Positions 10,591 to 21,700 of a stretch of 64,000 nt of DNA are shown one piece after another. Every line of letters starts with the position of its first letter. Position 1 is the stretch's first letter. The stretch covers positions 1 to 64,000 of IMG/VR virus record IMGVR_UViG_3300042907_001518, one strand, 5' to 3'. A program made the position numbers and the translations under genes. Source of the stretch: a virus. The notes below the pieces were generated by a model. That model did no database searches and was not told the DNA's origin. It worked only from the letters and a program-made list of their open reading frames with translations.

Positions 10591-12162
10591 TTATGCTGTT
10601 GGGTTACTAGGTGGATTAATATCGCCAGTAAAACCATTAAAATCTTGTCCAATAGTATCTTCGCCTTCTGGTACACTACCGTTCACATTAAATAATGCAA
10701 AACAGGTTATTCTGCCATCGTCAGCTCTAAATAATCCTAATTCTGGATCTGTTAATCCTAAGACCGCAACACCATCATCAACCCAACCACCATCATTAGT
10801 AGGAACATCTGTAAAGATTTTTTCTCCAACACTAGAATTCGGATCTTGATAATAACAAACTAACTGATTCAGTGGGGTGATAAATTGTTTGCCATAAAAG
10901 GTGTCTCCAAGATTTTTGATAAATGTCCATATCTTTTCTAGATCTTCTAACACTTCGGGCTTATTAGCTTCCATATTAGCTCTATTGGGTTGATTAACTG
11001 CATCATTAACACCACGAGCCTTTTGTATCTGACCTTCTAGTGCTTTTTTAGCTTGATCTTCTTGTAATGCTGGCCAATTAGCTTGTACGGCTTGATTGAA
11101 AGTTCCTAATATATCAGGATTCATAACTCTTTTTTTCCAAACATCCTGAGAAGCCATAGCAGCACGAATATCTAATTCGTGAATAGTATATGGTCCATTA
11201 TTTGGTAGTGGTTTTTTTAATGTTAAATTTAAAGCATCTATTTTTTTACTAATCCAAAATCCACACTCATCATATTTATATGGAGTAACAGGAACATAAG
11301 CTCCATTTATAAAATCTTCACCAAAAAAATGATTAAATCTAGTGACTTGACTAAGATAGTGTTGTCTTTCTCCAAATAATACGCTTTTTGTAATTTCATT
11401 TCTTAGTTCTTGTCCATATGAAATTTCGGTAGCTGTTCCATCATATGAAGCTATAATATTTCCGAAACTTGATGGTGGAGATCTGAGATTAATTAATCCG
11501 ATTGTAATAACATTACCAGGAGATAATGAAACAAAAAAATCATATCCTAATACATCACAAACATCTTGTAATAATTGTAATAGGCTAACGGATGGACCAG
11601 CAACTCTGTAATATTCTGGTAGTCCTTGTGGGAAAGACCCAAAGTTAATTGTATAGCTATATCCTGTTGGAGCATAAATGGTTGGATTCATACCATTTAA
11701 AGCTTCTACAATTTTTTGATAAGGCATACCCTTTTCATTACCACGCGATGATCCAAAGACATTGCAATTTCCCTGTAATACTTGGCTCTCATAATATGCA
11801 TAAGCATTAAAATAATTAATGGCTTGTACAGGATTACCTAGGTATGAGTCTACTATAACTACGGTATTCTCTAGAAGTTGTCTTGGGTCGTTAATTTTTG
11901 CATTATAAGTACGTCCAGAACTGCCCTGACTATAAGACCATCCAGTAAGCACACCTCCAAAACTAAAACTTCCTGCTCGTAAATAAACCGGTGCGCCAAC
12001 TATAACACCACCATTTTTTGGTAAAAAAGAATCTTGAGCTTCACAATCTTCAACAAGATCAACATTGAGACTGCTTTCTGTTGCTCCTAACCCCAGAGAG
12101 GAATTAAAAGACACTACTGTTGCTCCTAAAAATTTTATTGGTTGAGTAATTATGTCTGGCAT
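10591..12162 (-). CDS. Putative tail hub/baseplate protein
   Basis: Position after distal-tail-like genes; beta-rich N-terminus. Confidence 0.5.
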   Translation of the reverse strand: MPDIITQPIKFLGATVVSFNSSLGLGATESSLNVDLVEDCEAQDSFLPKNGGVIVGAPVYLRAGSFSFGGVLTGWSYSQGSSGRTYNAKINDPRQLLENTVVIVDSYLGNPVQAINYFNAYAYYESQVLQGNCNVFGSSRGNEKGMPYQKIVEALNGMNPTIYAPTGYSYTINFGSFPQGLPEYYRVAGPSVSLLQLLQDVCDVLGYDFFVSLSPGNVITIGLINLRSPPSSFGNIIASYDGTATEISYGQELRNEITKSVLFGERQHYLSQVTRFNHFFGEDFINGAYVPVTPYKYDECGFWISKKIDALNLTLKKPLPNNGPYTIHELDIRAAMASQDVWKKRVMNPDILGTFNQAVQANWPALQEDQAKKALEGQIQKARGVNDAVNQPNRANMEANKPEVLEDLEKIWTFIKNLGDTFYGKQFITPLNQLVCYYQDPNSSVGEKIFTDVPTNDGGWVDDGVAVLGLTDPELGLFRADDGRITCFALFNVNGSVPEGEDTIGQDFNGFTGDINPPSNPTA

Positions 12163-12171
12163 ATTAATTCC

Positions 12172-13998
12172 TTAAGAGCATCCTGATGTGCCACAAATGT
12201 ATGTTAAGTTAATAGTAAAAGTTCCGTCTATTGGATTTTTAGTATACTGTTGTTGTGTTAAAATATGGTTGGCTCCGACGCTAGGTAATGGTATCGGCAA
12301 ATATCCTGTTGCAAAACATCCTGGGTTCGCATTAGCGAATTCCGTAGCCAAAGATATGTTTGTTGGTTGTCCAGTTTCGCTTTCATCTCTTCCTGATATT
12401 GTAACAGATACTGTTTTAGCAGTAAAAGTTCCAAGTTCTTGAATAATCGGACAAGAACCACTATTTGGCCTATTAAATATTGCAATAACTTTTGTTGGAT
12501 TAGTTGTTTGAATACTAATTTCATTATATTTTTTACCACAAGATGCATTACTACTATATTCTATAGAATAATTAATAGTACCACCAATATAGTCGTGTGT
12601 CAAGTTAAAAGAAACCGGATGAGGAGGATCTGGTACTGGGTCATCGTCAGATGGTGGAGCATCTAATTCATCTGTTGTTAGGCCAATAGCGCTTTTAAAT
12701 GAGGATTTTAGATCTCTCTTACCACCACTACCAATTCCATTATTATAATCAGTACTATTATAAATTTTATCTAATACGGTTTTAGCATTATCATATTTTG
12801 TTAATGCATTACTATTAGATATTAAAAAAGAGCCCTGTGATGGTAATTGTAGAGGAACATTACTTTGTATAATACCGCCCTCTACCATGCCTTCTAGAGT
12901 ACCATTTATACTAATATTAGTAATAGGAGTATCACCATCATAAGACTTGTTAATACTTTTATTTACTGTATGTTTAACTCCATCTCCTGTCCAAGAATTG
13001 TGTCCTTTTGTTGTCATAACAATAGCATTATATGTGGCAGAGAATGTTCCATCGGATTCTGATGCTTCACAGCTAATAATTTCATTATAAATTTTATAAT
13101 TACTATCGCCAAGATTTGATAATAATCCACTAGAACTACTACCAGGAATATTTATATTAGATAAATTATCGCTACTGGTACAACCGTTTGCGTATGTGTT
13201 TTTTAACACTTCGTTTAACAAATTTGTCACTTGCTCGTATAGTCGATATTGTACAAAATTTTTAGCCTGTTCCCATGCTGGTAATAAGTTTGAGACTCCT
13301 GTTGCTTCATCTGTATAATCAAAAAAATGTTTGCCAGTTGCTGAAATAGAGTATTGAATATTAAAACTGTGATTATTAATATTCATATTAGTACCCAAAT
13401 CATTATTTTTTAGTATATCGTATGGTGTTGTATCATCAAAAGAAATATTCCAACTATCTTCAAAAGTTTTTAATTTAAACTTATTAATATCCACAATACC
13501 AGCGGTGCCGGGTGTGTGTGTTGTAGGATCAAGAAATAAAGATCCACAATCTTCTGTGGAGGATCCAAAGTCTATCGAATTAAATTCAATTGTTGCAGTA
13601 AATGCTGCGTAGTCTCGCCAGTTATTAGGAGACTCGTCAAAACTTAATGATCTTAGTAGACCACCCTTAGCTTTAAGAATAATAGCATCCGTATCACCAT
13701 GTACTACCTGTAGAATATTACCATTTTGAGTGAGTATTTTACGTACTTTATGAATGTGATCAGAAACGGCACCCAAACCATATTGAGGCGATGCTGGAAT
13801 AGTACCACCATATGCTAAATCTCTTAAATCTAATCCCGTTATACTTCCTGTTAATGTAACAATATATGAATAACCAATAATTGTGTCATTACTATATTGA
13901 TATTCTAAACGAATAGACATGTCAGGGGCTGGTATTAGTCTATGATCAGCATCTATTGGACCATAATACATTTTTACATCTGGTGAATATGTAGTCAT
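12172..13998 (-). CDS. Putative distal tail protein (paralog of 14001-15719)
   Basis: Shares PAP, GY.Y..TL.G, ISATGK and PAW.QAK.FVQ.RL motifs with its neighbour. Confidence 0.55.
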   Translation of the reverse strand: MTTYSPDVKMYYGPIDADHRLIPAPDMSIRLEYQYSNDTIIGYSYIVTLTGSITGLDLRDLAYGGTIPASPQYGLGAVSDHIHKVRKILTQNGNILQVVHGDTDAIILKAKGGLLRSLSFDESPNNWRDYAAFTATIEFNSIDFGSSTEDCGSLFLDPTTHTPGTAGIVDINKFKLKTFEDSWNISFDDTTPYDILKNNDLGTNMNINNHSFNIQYSISATGKHFFDYTDEATGVSNLLPAWEQAKNFVQYRLYEQVTNLLNEVLKNTYANGCTSSDNLSNINIPGSSSSGLLSNLGDSNYKIYNEIISCEASESDGTFSATYNAIVMTTKGHNSWTGDGVKHTVNKSINKSYDGDTPITNISINGTLEGMVEGGIIQSNVPLQLPSQGSFLISNSNALTKYDNAKTVLDKIYNSTDYNNGIGSGGKRDLKSSFKSAIGLTTDELDAPPSDDDPVPDPPHPVSFNLTHDYIGGTINYSIEYSSNASCGKKYNEISIQTTNPTKVIAIFNRPNSGSCPIIQELGTFTAKTVSVTISGRDESETGQPTNISLATEFANANPGCFATGYLPIPLPSVGANHILTQQQYTKNPIDGTFTINLTYICGTSGCS

Positions 13999-14000
13999 AA

Positions 14001-15719
14001 TTATCCTTTAGAAGTATATTCTAGTGAAATACTAAATGATCCATCTATTTTATTAGAAGTATAATCTTCTCTTGTTTTAATATAAGCTTCGCTTTCTGCT
14101 AATAAAGCATCAAACCCAGGAATATTAAATATAGGTAAAGCATTACAAATCGATGGTGGTTCACAAGACTTGTTATCTTTTGATCGACCATCTATTGTAA
14201 TAGTAATTATACGTGCTGTTTTCATATTTAATTTTTGAATAATTGGTCCATTTAGTCTTCCTGGTACAATAAATTCTTGAATTATTTCTACAGGATCATT
14301 TCTTACGATAGAAATATTTGTATATTTTAAATCTCTTGCTCTTGTATTTGAGGTTTCGTATGTGGCGGTATATGTGATACTTCCTTCATTATAATTGTGT
14401 TCTATAACATAAGATGATGGTAGTGGAAATCCTGATGCTCCTTTAATGAGCAACTCAGCTTTTGACAAAGAAACTTGAGTTTTAAAAGTACCAAGTAAAT
14501 CACTAGTACTTCCTATTGCAGTTGTAAAATGAGACAGAGCATTGCTGTATTTTGTTTCGCCGCCATCTGCTGTGGTGATAAATGATCCACTATCTGGTAA
14601 TATAAAGTTATTGCCTTTAAAGTATAAAAATCCACCCCTTATTAAACCTTGTACTGTGCCTTTTACTGTGATGGTCGCATTTGTTTTGGTATCGGTAGTA
14701 ATATTGATATCTTTGGTATATGTGTGTGTAGCCGCGTTTGCTACTGGGGATAATGCTGGATTATTTTTTTTAACAATCGCAGTATAGGTTAAAGAAAAAG
14801 ATCCTTCTGATTCTGATGTGGTGCATGATATCTGTTCATTGTATACATTATATGCTTGACCGCATCCGGCGCTAAATCCTTCTAATAAACCACCAGTAGA
14901 CGCTAAATCATGAATAGCTGATAGATCTTTGGTAGCATCACACGCACTATCATTAGAGGTCTCTATTTGTAGGCATCCATTAATTAAACTTAAAACCTGA
15001 TCGTGTAATCGTTTTTGTACAAATAATTTGGCTTGTTGCCACGCTGGTACTAAATTATTATTTACATAATAGTTTTTTCCGGTGGCTGATATTGTATATG
15101 AAACTTCAAATATATTATTATATGTTGTGTCATAATTATCATATATTCTATTATCAATAGTAAAAGACCATTTATCACTAAATTCTTTTATTTTATGATC
15201 AGCAATATCTATCAAATTATCATTAATTATAACTTGAGATGCGCCCTGATGAAAAATGCTACTAGAGCATGAGATCATCGCATTATTATCACATCCTATA
15301 AAATCAACCTCATTAAATTCAATCTCCACAACAAACGGAGCATAGTTTACCCAATGATTGTCTGATACATTAAACTCTATATTCTTTATCGTAGCGCCTT
15401 TGGCCTTTATAATAGTAGTACCACCTTGTTTAATATAAAGATCGCCACCATTAAAATTAAAAATTTCTCGGATATCACCCATATGCTCAACGGTTGGTTC
15501 TAATCCATAGTCAACAGAGCCAACATTTACTTCTTTCCGCAGAGCATTAGCATATCCATTGAGAGTTATAGTATACGTATATCCAATTGGATTATCATTA
15601 CTATAATAAATTTCTGGACTAATAGTAACAGTTGGAGCCGGAGCAATCCTGTCTGTTGATGTTGGTGAAGCATTACCTTTGCAGTAATAAACTTCGGTTG
15701 TTGCTGAATATCCTGGCAT
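14001..15719 (-). CDS. Putative distal tail protein (paralog of 12172-13998)
   Basis: Immediately after tape measure; same shared motifs. Confidence 0.55.
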   Translation of the reverse strand: MPGYSATTEVYYCKGNASPTSTDRIAPAPTVTISPEIYYSNDNPIGYTYTITLNGYANALRKEVNVGSVDYGLEPTVEHMGDIREIFNFNGGDLYIKQGGTTIIKAKGATIKNIEFNVSDNHWVNYAPFVVEIEFNEVDFIGCDNNAMISCSSSIFHQGASQVIINDNLIDIADHKIKEFSDKWSFTIDNRIYDNYDTTYNNIFEVSYTISATGKNYYVNNNLVPAWQQAKLFVQKRLHDQVLSLINGCLQIETSNDSACDATKDLSAIHDLASTGGLLEGFSAGCGQAYNVYNEQISCTTSESEGSFSLTYTAIVKKNNPALSPVANAATHTYTKDINITTDTKTNATITVKGTVQGLIRGGFLYFKGNNFILPDSGSFITTADGGETKYSNALSHFTTAIGSTSDLLGTFKTQVSLSKAELLIKGASGFPLPSSYVIEHNYNEGSITYTATYETSNTRARDLKYTNISIVRNDPVEIIQEFIVPGRLNGPIIQKLNMKTARIITITIDGRSKDNKSCEPPSICNALPIFNIPGFDALLAESEAYIKTREDYTSNKIDGSFSISLEYTSKG

Positions 15720-15730
15720 AATATTTTTCC

Positions 15731-18700
15731 TTATTGTCCTTGTGAACTAGTTGCTCCACTAGAAGGCGAACCCATAGTAGCGCTAGACTTTACTTGACCA
15801 CCAGTAGCGGTAGATACTTCGTCTCTTAGTGCTGCTAATTTTGGCTCTACTAGTGAGACAGCCAATTCTTTCATGCGTTTTTCTAGAGCCTCAAATGCTG
15901 CGGCTCCACTAATTTGAACATCTAATACATAGTTTCCAGTAAGTTCAATCTTAGGAGGTATAGTAGCCGCTACTGCTGATAGTTTATCAATATAAGTATT
16001 AAATGTACTAAAGGTAGAGGATAGCGAATCTAAAAATGCTTGAGCATTAGGATCAAGTTGAATTTGGAAACCGTTACCTCCAGCGGGACCGCCCGTTGTT
16101 GGCACTATATCATTATCTCTATTACGAGAACCAAATGTTACACTATATTGGTTACCAGTTTTTGGGTGTTCTAGTGTGGGTGAGAATAATGGGGCAACTT
16201 GCGGCGTTCCGGATGGTGTTTGTGTTGGTGCTGTTGCTGTAGCATTTTGTGTTTGATACAAATCCGGGAACATTCTACGAGCCACTTCTGGTCGATATCT
16301 TGATGCTGCGGCTTGACGGAGAGATAATTTTGATTGTTGATATTGGGCTAATGGCTTGCTCTCACCCTTTACTTGTGGAGCATCCCATCCAAACTCGGCT
16401 CCTATGTGTTCTTCTAATCCCCAGGGTTCTTTTTCTGCGGCAGTAAATAATTTCTTTCGTTGTGATGGACTTTGACTTAGTAAATAATCTTTGCGTTTTT
16501 GAGCTTTGTCTGCTTCAGCAATATTCTTTAGTTCAAAAGAGCTAGCACTAATAACACTATCATCTGTTGGTAGTTTTTGTCCTAGTCTTTGTCGTTTTCT
16601 AGCTGCTATTAATTCTTGTTGAACAAAAGCTTTTCGTTCTGCTGTTGGAGCATAACCCTTTTCTGCTCTGGTTACTGCGTCTTCTCCTTCAACAAATGTT
16701 TGTTTAGCATTAAGCAACTGTAACTTAGAGGCTTGTGCATTGGCTTGTACTACAGCTTGAGGAGCAGCACCTTGAACAACTCTATTAGCGTTGTCTGGCT
16801 TTTGAGCCTCCGCCCCCTTCGTCATTTTCTCTTCAATTTGCTTTTGTATAGCGACTCTTTGAGCTTCAAATTGTGCTTTTTGAGCATTTAATCTATCTAA
16901 TACTCCACCAGCTCCGGGTGCTGGTGGTGCTGGTAACACACCAACTGGGGCAGCAGCAGCAGCGGCGGCTGCCGGTGGCACAGCACCACCCGGAGGAACC
17001 GCTACTGGTAAATTCTTAGGATTAGCAGCACCGGCATCGGCCCTAGCGTCAGCTAATGCTTGAATTAATATATTTGGAAAGTCTTTTGCCAAAAAGATCT
17101 GTAAATCAAGCATCGACTCTTGAATAATTAATGCCTGTTGTTTATTTAGTAATCCTAATATTTCATTCGCTTTAATTTGTTCATTAACAGCTTCTCTATA
17201 TGCTATAACATTAGGATCTTCTTCAGATACTCGACCCCTTATTCTATTTAATGCTTCTTCAACTGTCATACCAAGCTTACCAACAAAATCTTGTCCTTGA
17301 AAACCCTGTGCTGATAAACTTTTCTCTAATAAGTCTGCTCTTAAATTAGCAAATTCTTGTGGTGAATATAATTCTTTTTGAGCATTTAATCCAGAAAAGG
17401 CTAATTGTCTATTCTCAGCATTCCTCATGAATTCTGGACCTTGAGCCTGAGCAGCAGCAAAAGCCGCAGACTCTCTATTCATCTGAAATAGTTCATCAAA
17501 ACTTGATGTGAAAACCTTTTCTAAGAAATTACCAAAACCTTCAACCTTTTGTTGTTCTTCTTGAATTTTTGCTAACGCATTAGCAGCTTTAGTACCGTCA
17601 TTTGCTAATCTTTCTAATGCTTGGCGACCCTCGTCTAATGCTAGCTTATTTTTACCTAGCGCTGCCACATTGCTTAGATTAGCCGCTGCTATATCTGCTC
17701 TTTGTCTATTGCCAGCCGCATCAGAGCCCAATCCACTAGCTTTTTCAAGATTAGCCGCATTTTCAGCTTCTAATCTAGCATTTTCTTGGCTAGTTCTCAT
17801 CATGGCTAATCCAATAGCAGCAGGATCCATAGCTTGATTTGCTCTTAATCCACCAACATCACGAAGTCCTTTGGTAAGATCTTTAATTTCAAATTCAAAA
17901 GGTTCATTAAGTTGTCGTAGTGTTGGACTATTGCCTAAAGCTTTGGCCAAGTCTAATTCGGCATTTAATCTGATAACTCCAGCTTTACGCATGTATTCAT
18001 TGGATCTACCCATAGCTTCATTATATTTATTTTGAAGATTGATAGATTCTTGAAGAGTATCATTATATGTTTTAGTTAATTTTTGCAGGAGCTGAGAGCC
18101 TTCTTGGGCTGTTTTAGATAATTCACTAATAACGGTTCCTTCTAACTCCTTAGTCAATTTATCAACATCAGTATCACTAGAAGACTCTATTAATCTATTC
18201 CCAACATCGTTTAAAACCTTAGAGATTTCTGGAGTTTCAATATTAATACCCTGTGCTTGAAATAGTCCAGTTAAATTACCTTTGATCTGATTTCTATTTG
18301 TAATATCTGTACTCTTCACAAGAGCCGGTAATTGATCAGCTAAAATTTTTGATGCTACCGCTTGATCTGCTAATGCTTTGGCTTCTGGACTACCACCAGC
18401 TAATCCAGCAACGCCACCAGCAGCAGCCCTAACCTCTTTAAAAGAAAACGCTGATAGATTTCCTAATACTTCTTCATTTTTTCTATCAACATCTTGAACT
18501 TTGGGAGCATTACTAAAATCATTAGTTCTAGCATCTGTGGCTTTAATTAATCTTTCTAAGCTAGCAGCATACTTATCAGCATAAGCATTTGCTCTACGAT
18601 AAATATCCAGAGTTTTATCAATTTCTTTAACAATCTTTGCCGCTTCGTCAGCCCTTCGTTTTTCTATAATTTCGTTTTCTTTAGCGGCTAGGGCTACGCG

Positions 18701-21700
18701 AGAGTATTTCATTCTAATATCATCTAATTGACCATTAAGCTCCTTTTGTGTTTCTGGATCTGTTTCATTCACCAACTCTTGCCATTTAGCAATATATTCT
18801 GGACTAACTTGAGCTATTTGTTGTGTTAATATTCTGAATGTTTTAGGATCTATGCTAGCAGACACTTCATCAAGCGTTTTACCTGTTTTACCCATTGCTG
18901 CTTCTAAAATACGTGTAGCAGATTCTGACCCTGCTTTTTGAGTAGTCACAATCTCTGTGGTGGTCTTTGTTCTTAAGGATTCTTTTGAAAGATTTTTCTC
19001 CGCTTCTTGAGCGGCCAGAGATTTCAACTCTGCAAAAATATCAGCCATGCCAACATCAAGATTTTCTTTATTGGCTTCTGGATTTTTAATGAACTCATCA
19101 AGTAATGTTGATATTGATTCACTAGATTTTTCGATCTTCGCTTGTCTTGTTTTTTCAGCAAATTCTTCTGCTGCCTTCTGAGCCTTAAAAAATCCGGTTG
19201 TTAGCCCCACTAAAGCACCAGCCGCTCCTCCGATAGCAGTACCCCACGGACCAAAAAAAGAACCTATTGTGGCTCCTATACTACCATAATTTAGAGCATC
19301 TCCACCCATATTACTAATCATCCTACCGGATGTGGTAGATTCTCCACCAGCTAGACTAGAAGCACCCTCTATGGCTGCGCCGCCAGCCGTTAATGCAACA
19401 AAACCACCCAATCCACCCATCCCGCCGCGACCACCCATTCTATCTCTAAATGCTTGGCCGCTTAATCCTTCTGCTCTAGCAGCCCGTGCTTGTCTCATTA
19501 AATTACGACCAGCAGATCCTGATGGAATCAATCCTGTTTGTTGAACATTTCTAGAAGCAGTTGTTAAATTGTTACTAAATCCAGTGACCGTATTTTTTAG
19601 TGTTGAAAAACTATTTTGTATTTTAGGCAATATATTAGCCAAAGCTGGAAGTACACGACTAATCACTGCTGCAACAGCTCCACCAGCAAAAAACTTTTGA
19701 ACTCCACCACCATTAGCAAAAGTTTGCAAACCACCAACCATACCTCCCTTATTAAATCCACTTATTTTATCAGCCCTGTTGAGATTTTGTAGTTGTGATG
19801 ATCCTATTTTTTTAGCAGCTTTTTTATTAATAACAAATTCACCAGGAGTTAACATTGCTGGAACAGTATCTACATTACCACCCTTTGCATATTTAACAAA
19901 ATTAACACCATCAAATTTACCTTTATTAATATCATTAATTATTTTAGTTGTTAGAGAATCAATAGCCTTACCTGTATTTGATCTTTTAGCATCTGCTTTT
20001 ATTAATGTTGATAATCCTTCGCCAGAACTATCTGTAAACATATTTTTTAATGATTCTCTAGCAGAAGCTATCGACCCAGCTGGAAAATCAAAATTTGATT
20101 GAGCACCAGCTAATTTAGCTCCAGTAATAGATTGAATTAATCCTTCAAAAATAAAACCTTCTGTAGTTGCTTGAGCATTAGGGTCGTTCGCTATTCTTTT
20201 TGCTCCTTTGGTTGCTGCTTTTCTATCGACGCCTATAACAGAATTGCCTAATGTAGATAATGCTGGTTCAATTGATTTCATAACAGTATTATATAGTCCT
20301 TTGCGAGCATTTGAAGCAACAGTAGAAGCTACACTATTAGTTTCAAAATCATTTTTTCCAGGATAATAACCAGATATAGCACCAGAAATTGGAACAATCT
20401 TGCCTGCTACTGAAAGTTTACCCTTTTTAAGACCAGATCTAAGTCTTTTCTGAACTGCTTTAGGATCAAAATTTTGTGTTACTTCGGCAACAGTATAATC
20501 AGCCGCATATAGTGCTTCTCGTGCAGACTGGGTGCTGAGAACCTTGCCATTCTTAATTATTTTACTAACATCAATTTTTTTTCTTTTATTATCGCTTTGT
20601 AGTCCTAAAAGTTTTTGTTGAGTTTTAATTTCTGCATTTGCAAGTGCTTGTGCTTTAGCATCATTAGCGGCGGGAGCAATACCTAACTGTTTAAGTGCTA
20701 AAGGATTTTTTATATTTCCCTGTCCTCTGATAGTAATAGGACTTCTATCTGCTCCTTCTTCTGGTCGTAGAAAAAATGCACCAATCTTGCTTGGATCAAC
20801 TACTACACCACCTTGAGCATATCTACCAATTCTACCCGCTCTTGGACCTTTGGATCTCATAGCATCAAGAGCTGGTTGTTTATTGCCTCCTTGAGTAAAA
20901 ATCATATTTTGTACTGGTATGCCAAACAATTGACTTAAATATTCTGGCACACCTCTTGTTCTGCGAGATTTACTAATAATACTAAGTTTACTAGGACTCA
21001 ATTTACCAGAACGAATTGCTTCTTGTAATGATTTACCAAAACCTGTTAATGGTGATGATTTTATATCTTGTAATCTAGCCGTCTCATCGTTGAAATATCT
21101 ATTCAAGACACTCGTCTTTGCACCAGAAGATGCTGCTTTTGAATATGCTTTATCTCCTATGGTTCTTTTTAATGTACGATCTATATCAATAGCTCCTCCA
21201 CCAGCTCTAATTAATGCTTCTATTGCTGATGGTTTTGGCAATATCGCTCCACTCGTCTGCAAAATATCATCAACCATAGGAGCGCCTGCAATGCCACCCC
21301 TTGCAAAGCTTTTAACTCTACCACCACCCGCATATTTATTCATGCCGTGTAATTTATTTAATCCAATAGCACTAGCTGCTTTTTTCCTAATAACGAATTC
21401 TCCGGGTGTTAGCATTGCTGGTACTGTATCTCTACTACCAGATCCTGGTACTAAACCACCACTAGCAAATCTTCTTCCTCCACCCAGTCTTTGACCTAAT
21501 CCTCTGGCGCCGCCAGCATTACCAAACGCTCCAGCAAAACCAGCCCCAAACTGTGTTAATGCAGATAGCCCTCTGATAGTTGCAAGAGCAGTCAATGCTG
21601 GAAGAACAATCTTAGCAGCATCTGCTAATTTAATAAGACCACTGGCCAATTGTAGAGATAAACTAATAAAACTTCTAAAACTATCGCTCTCACCTATACT

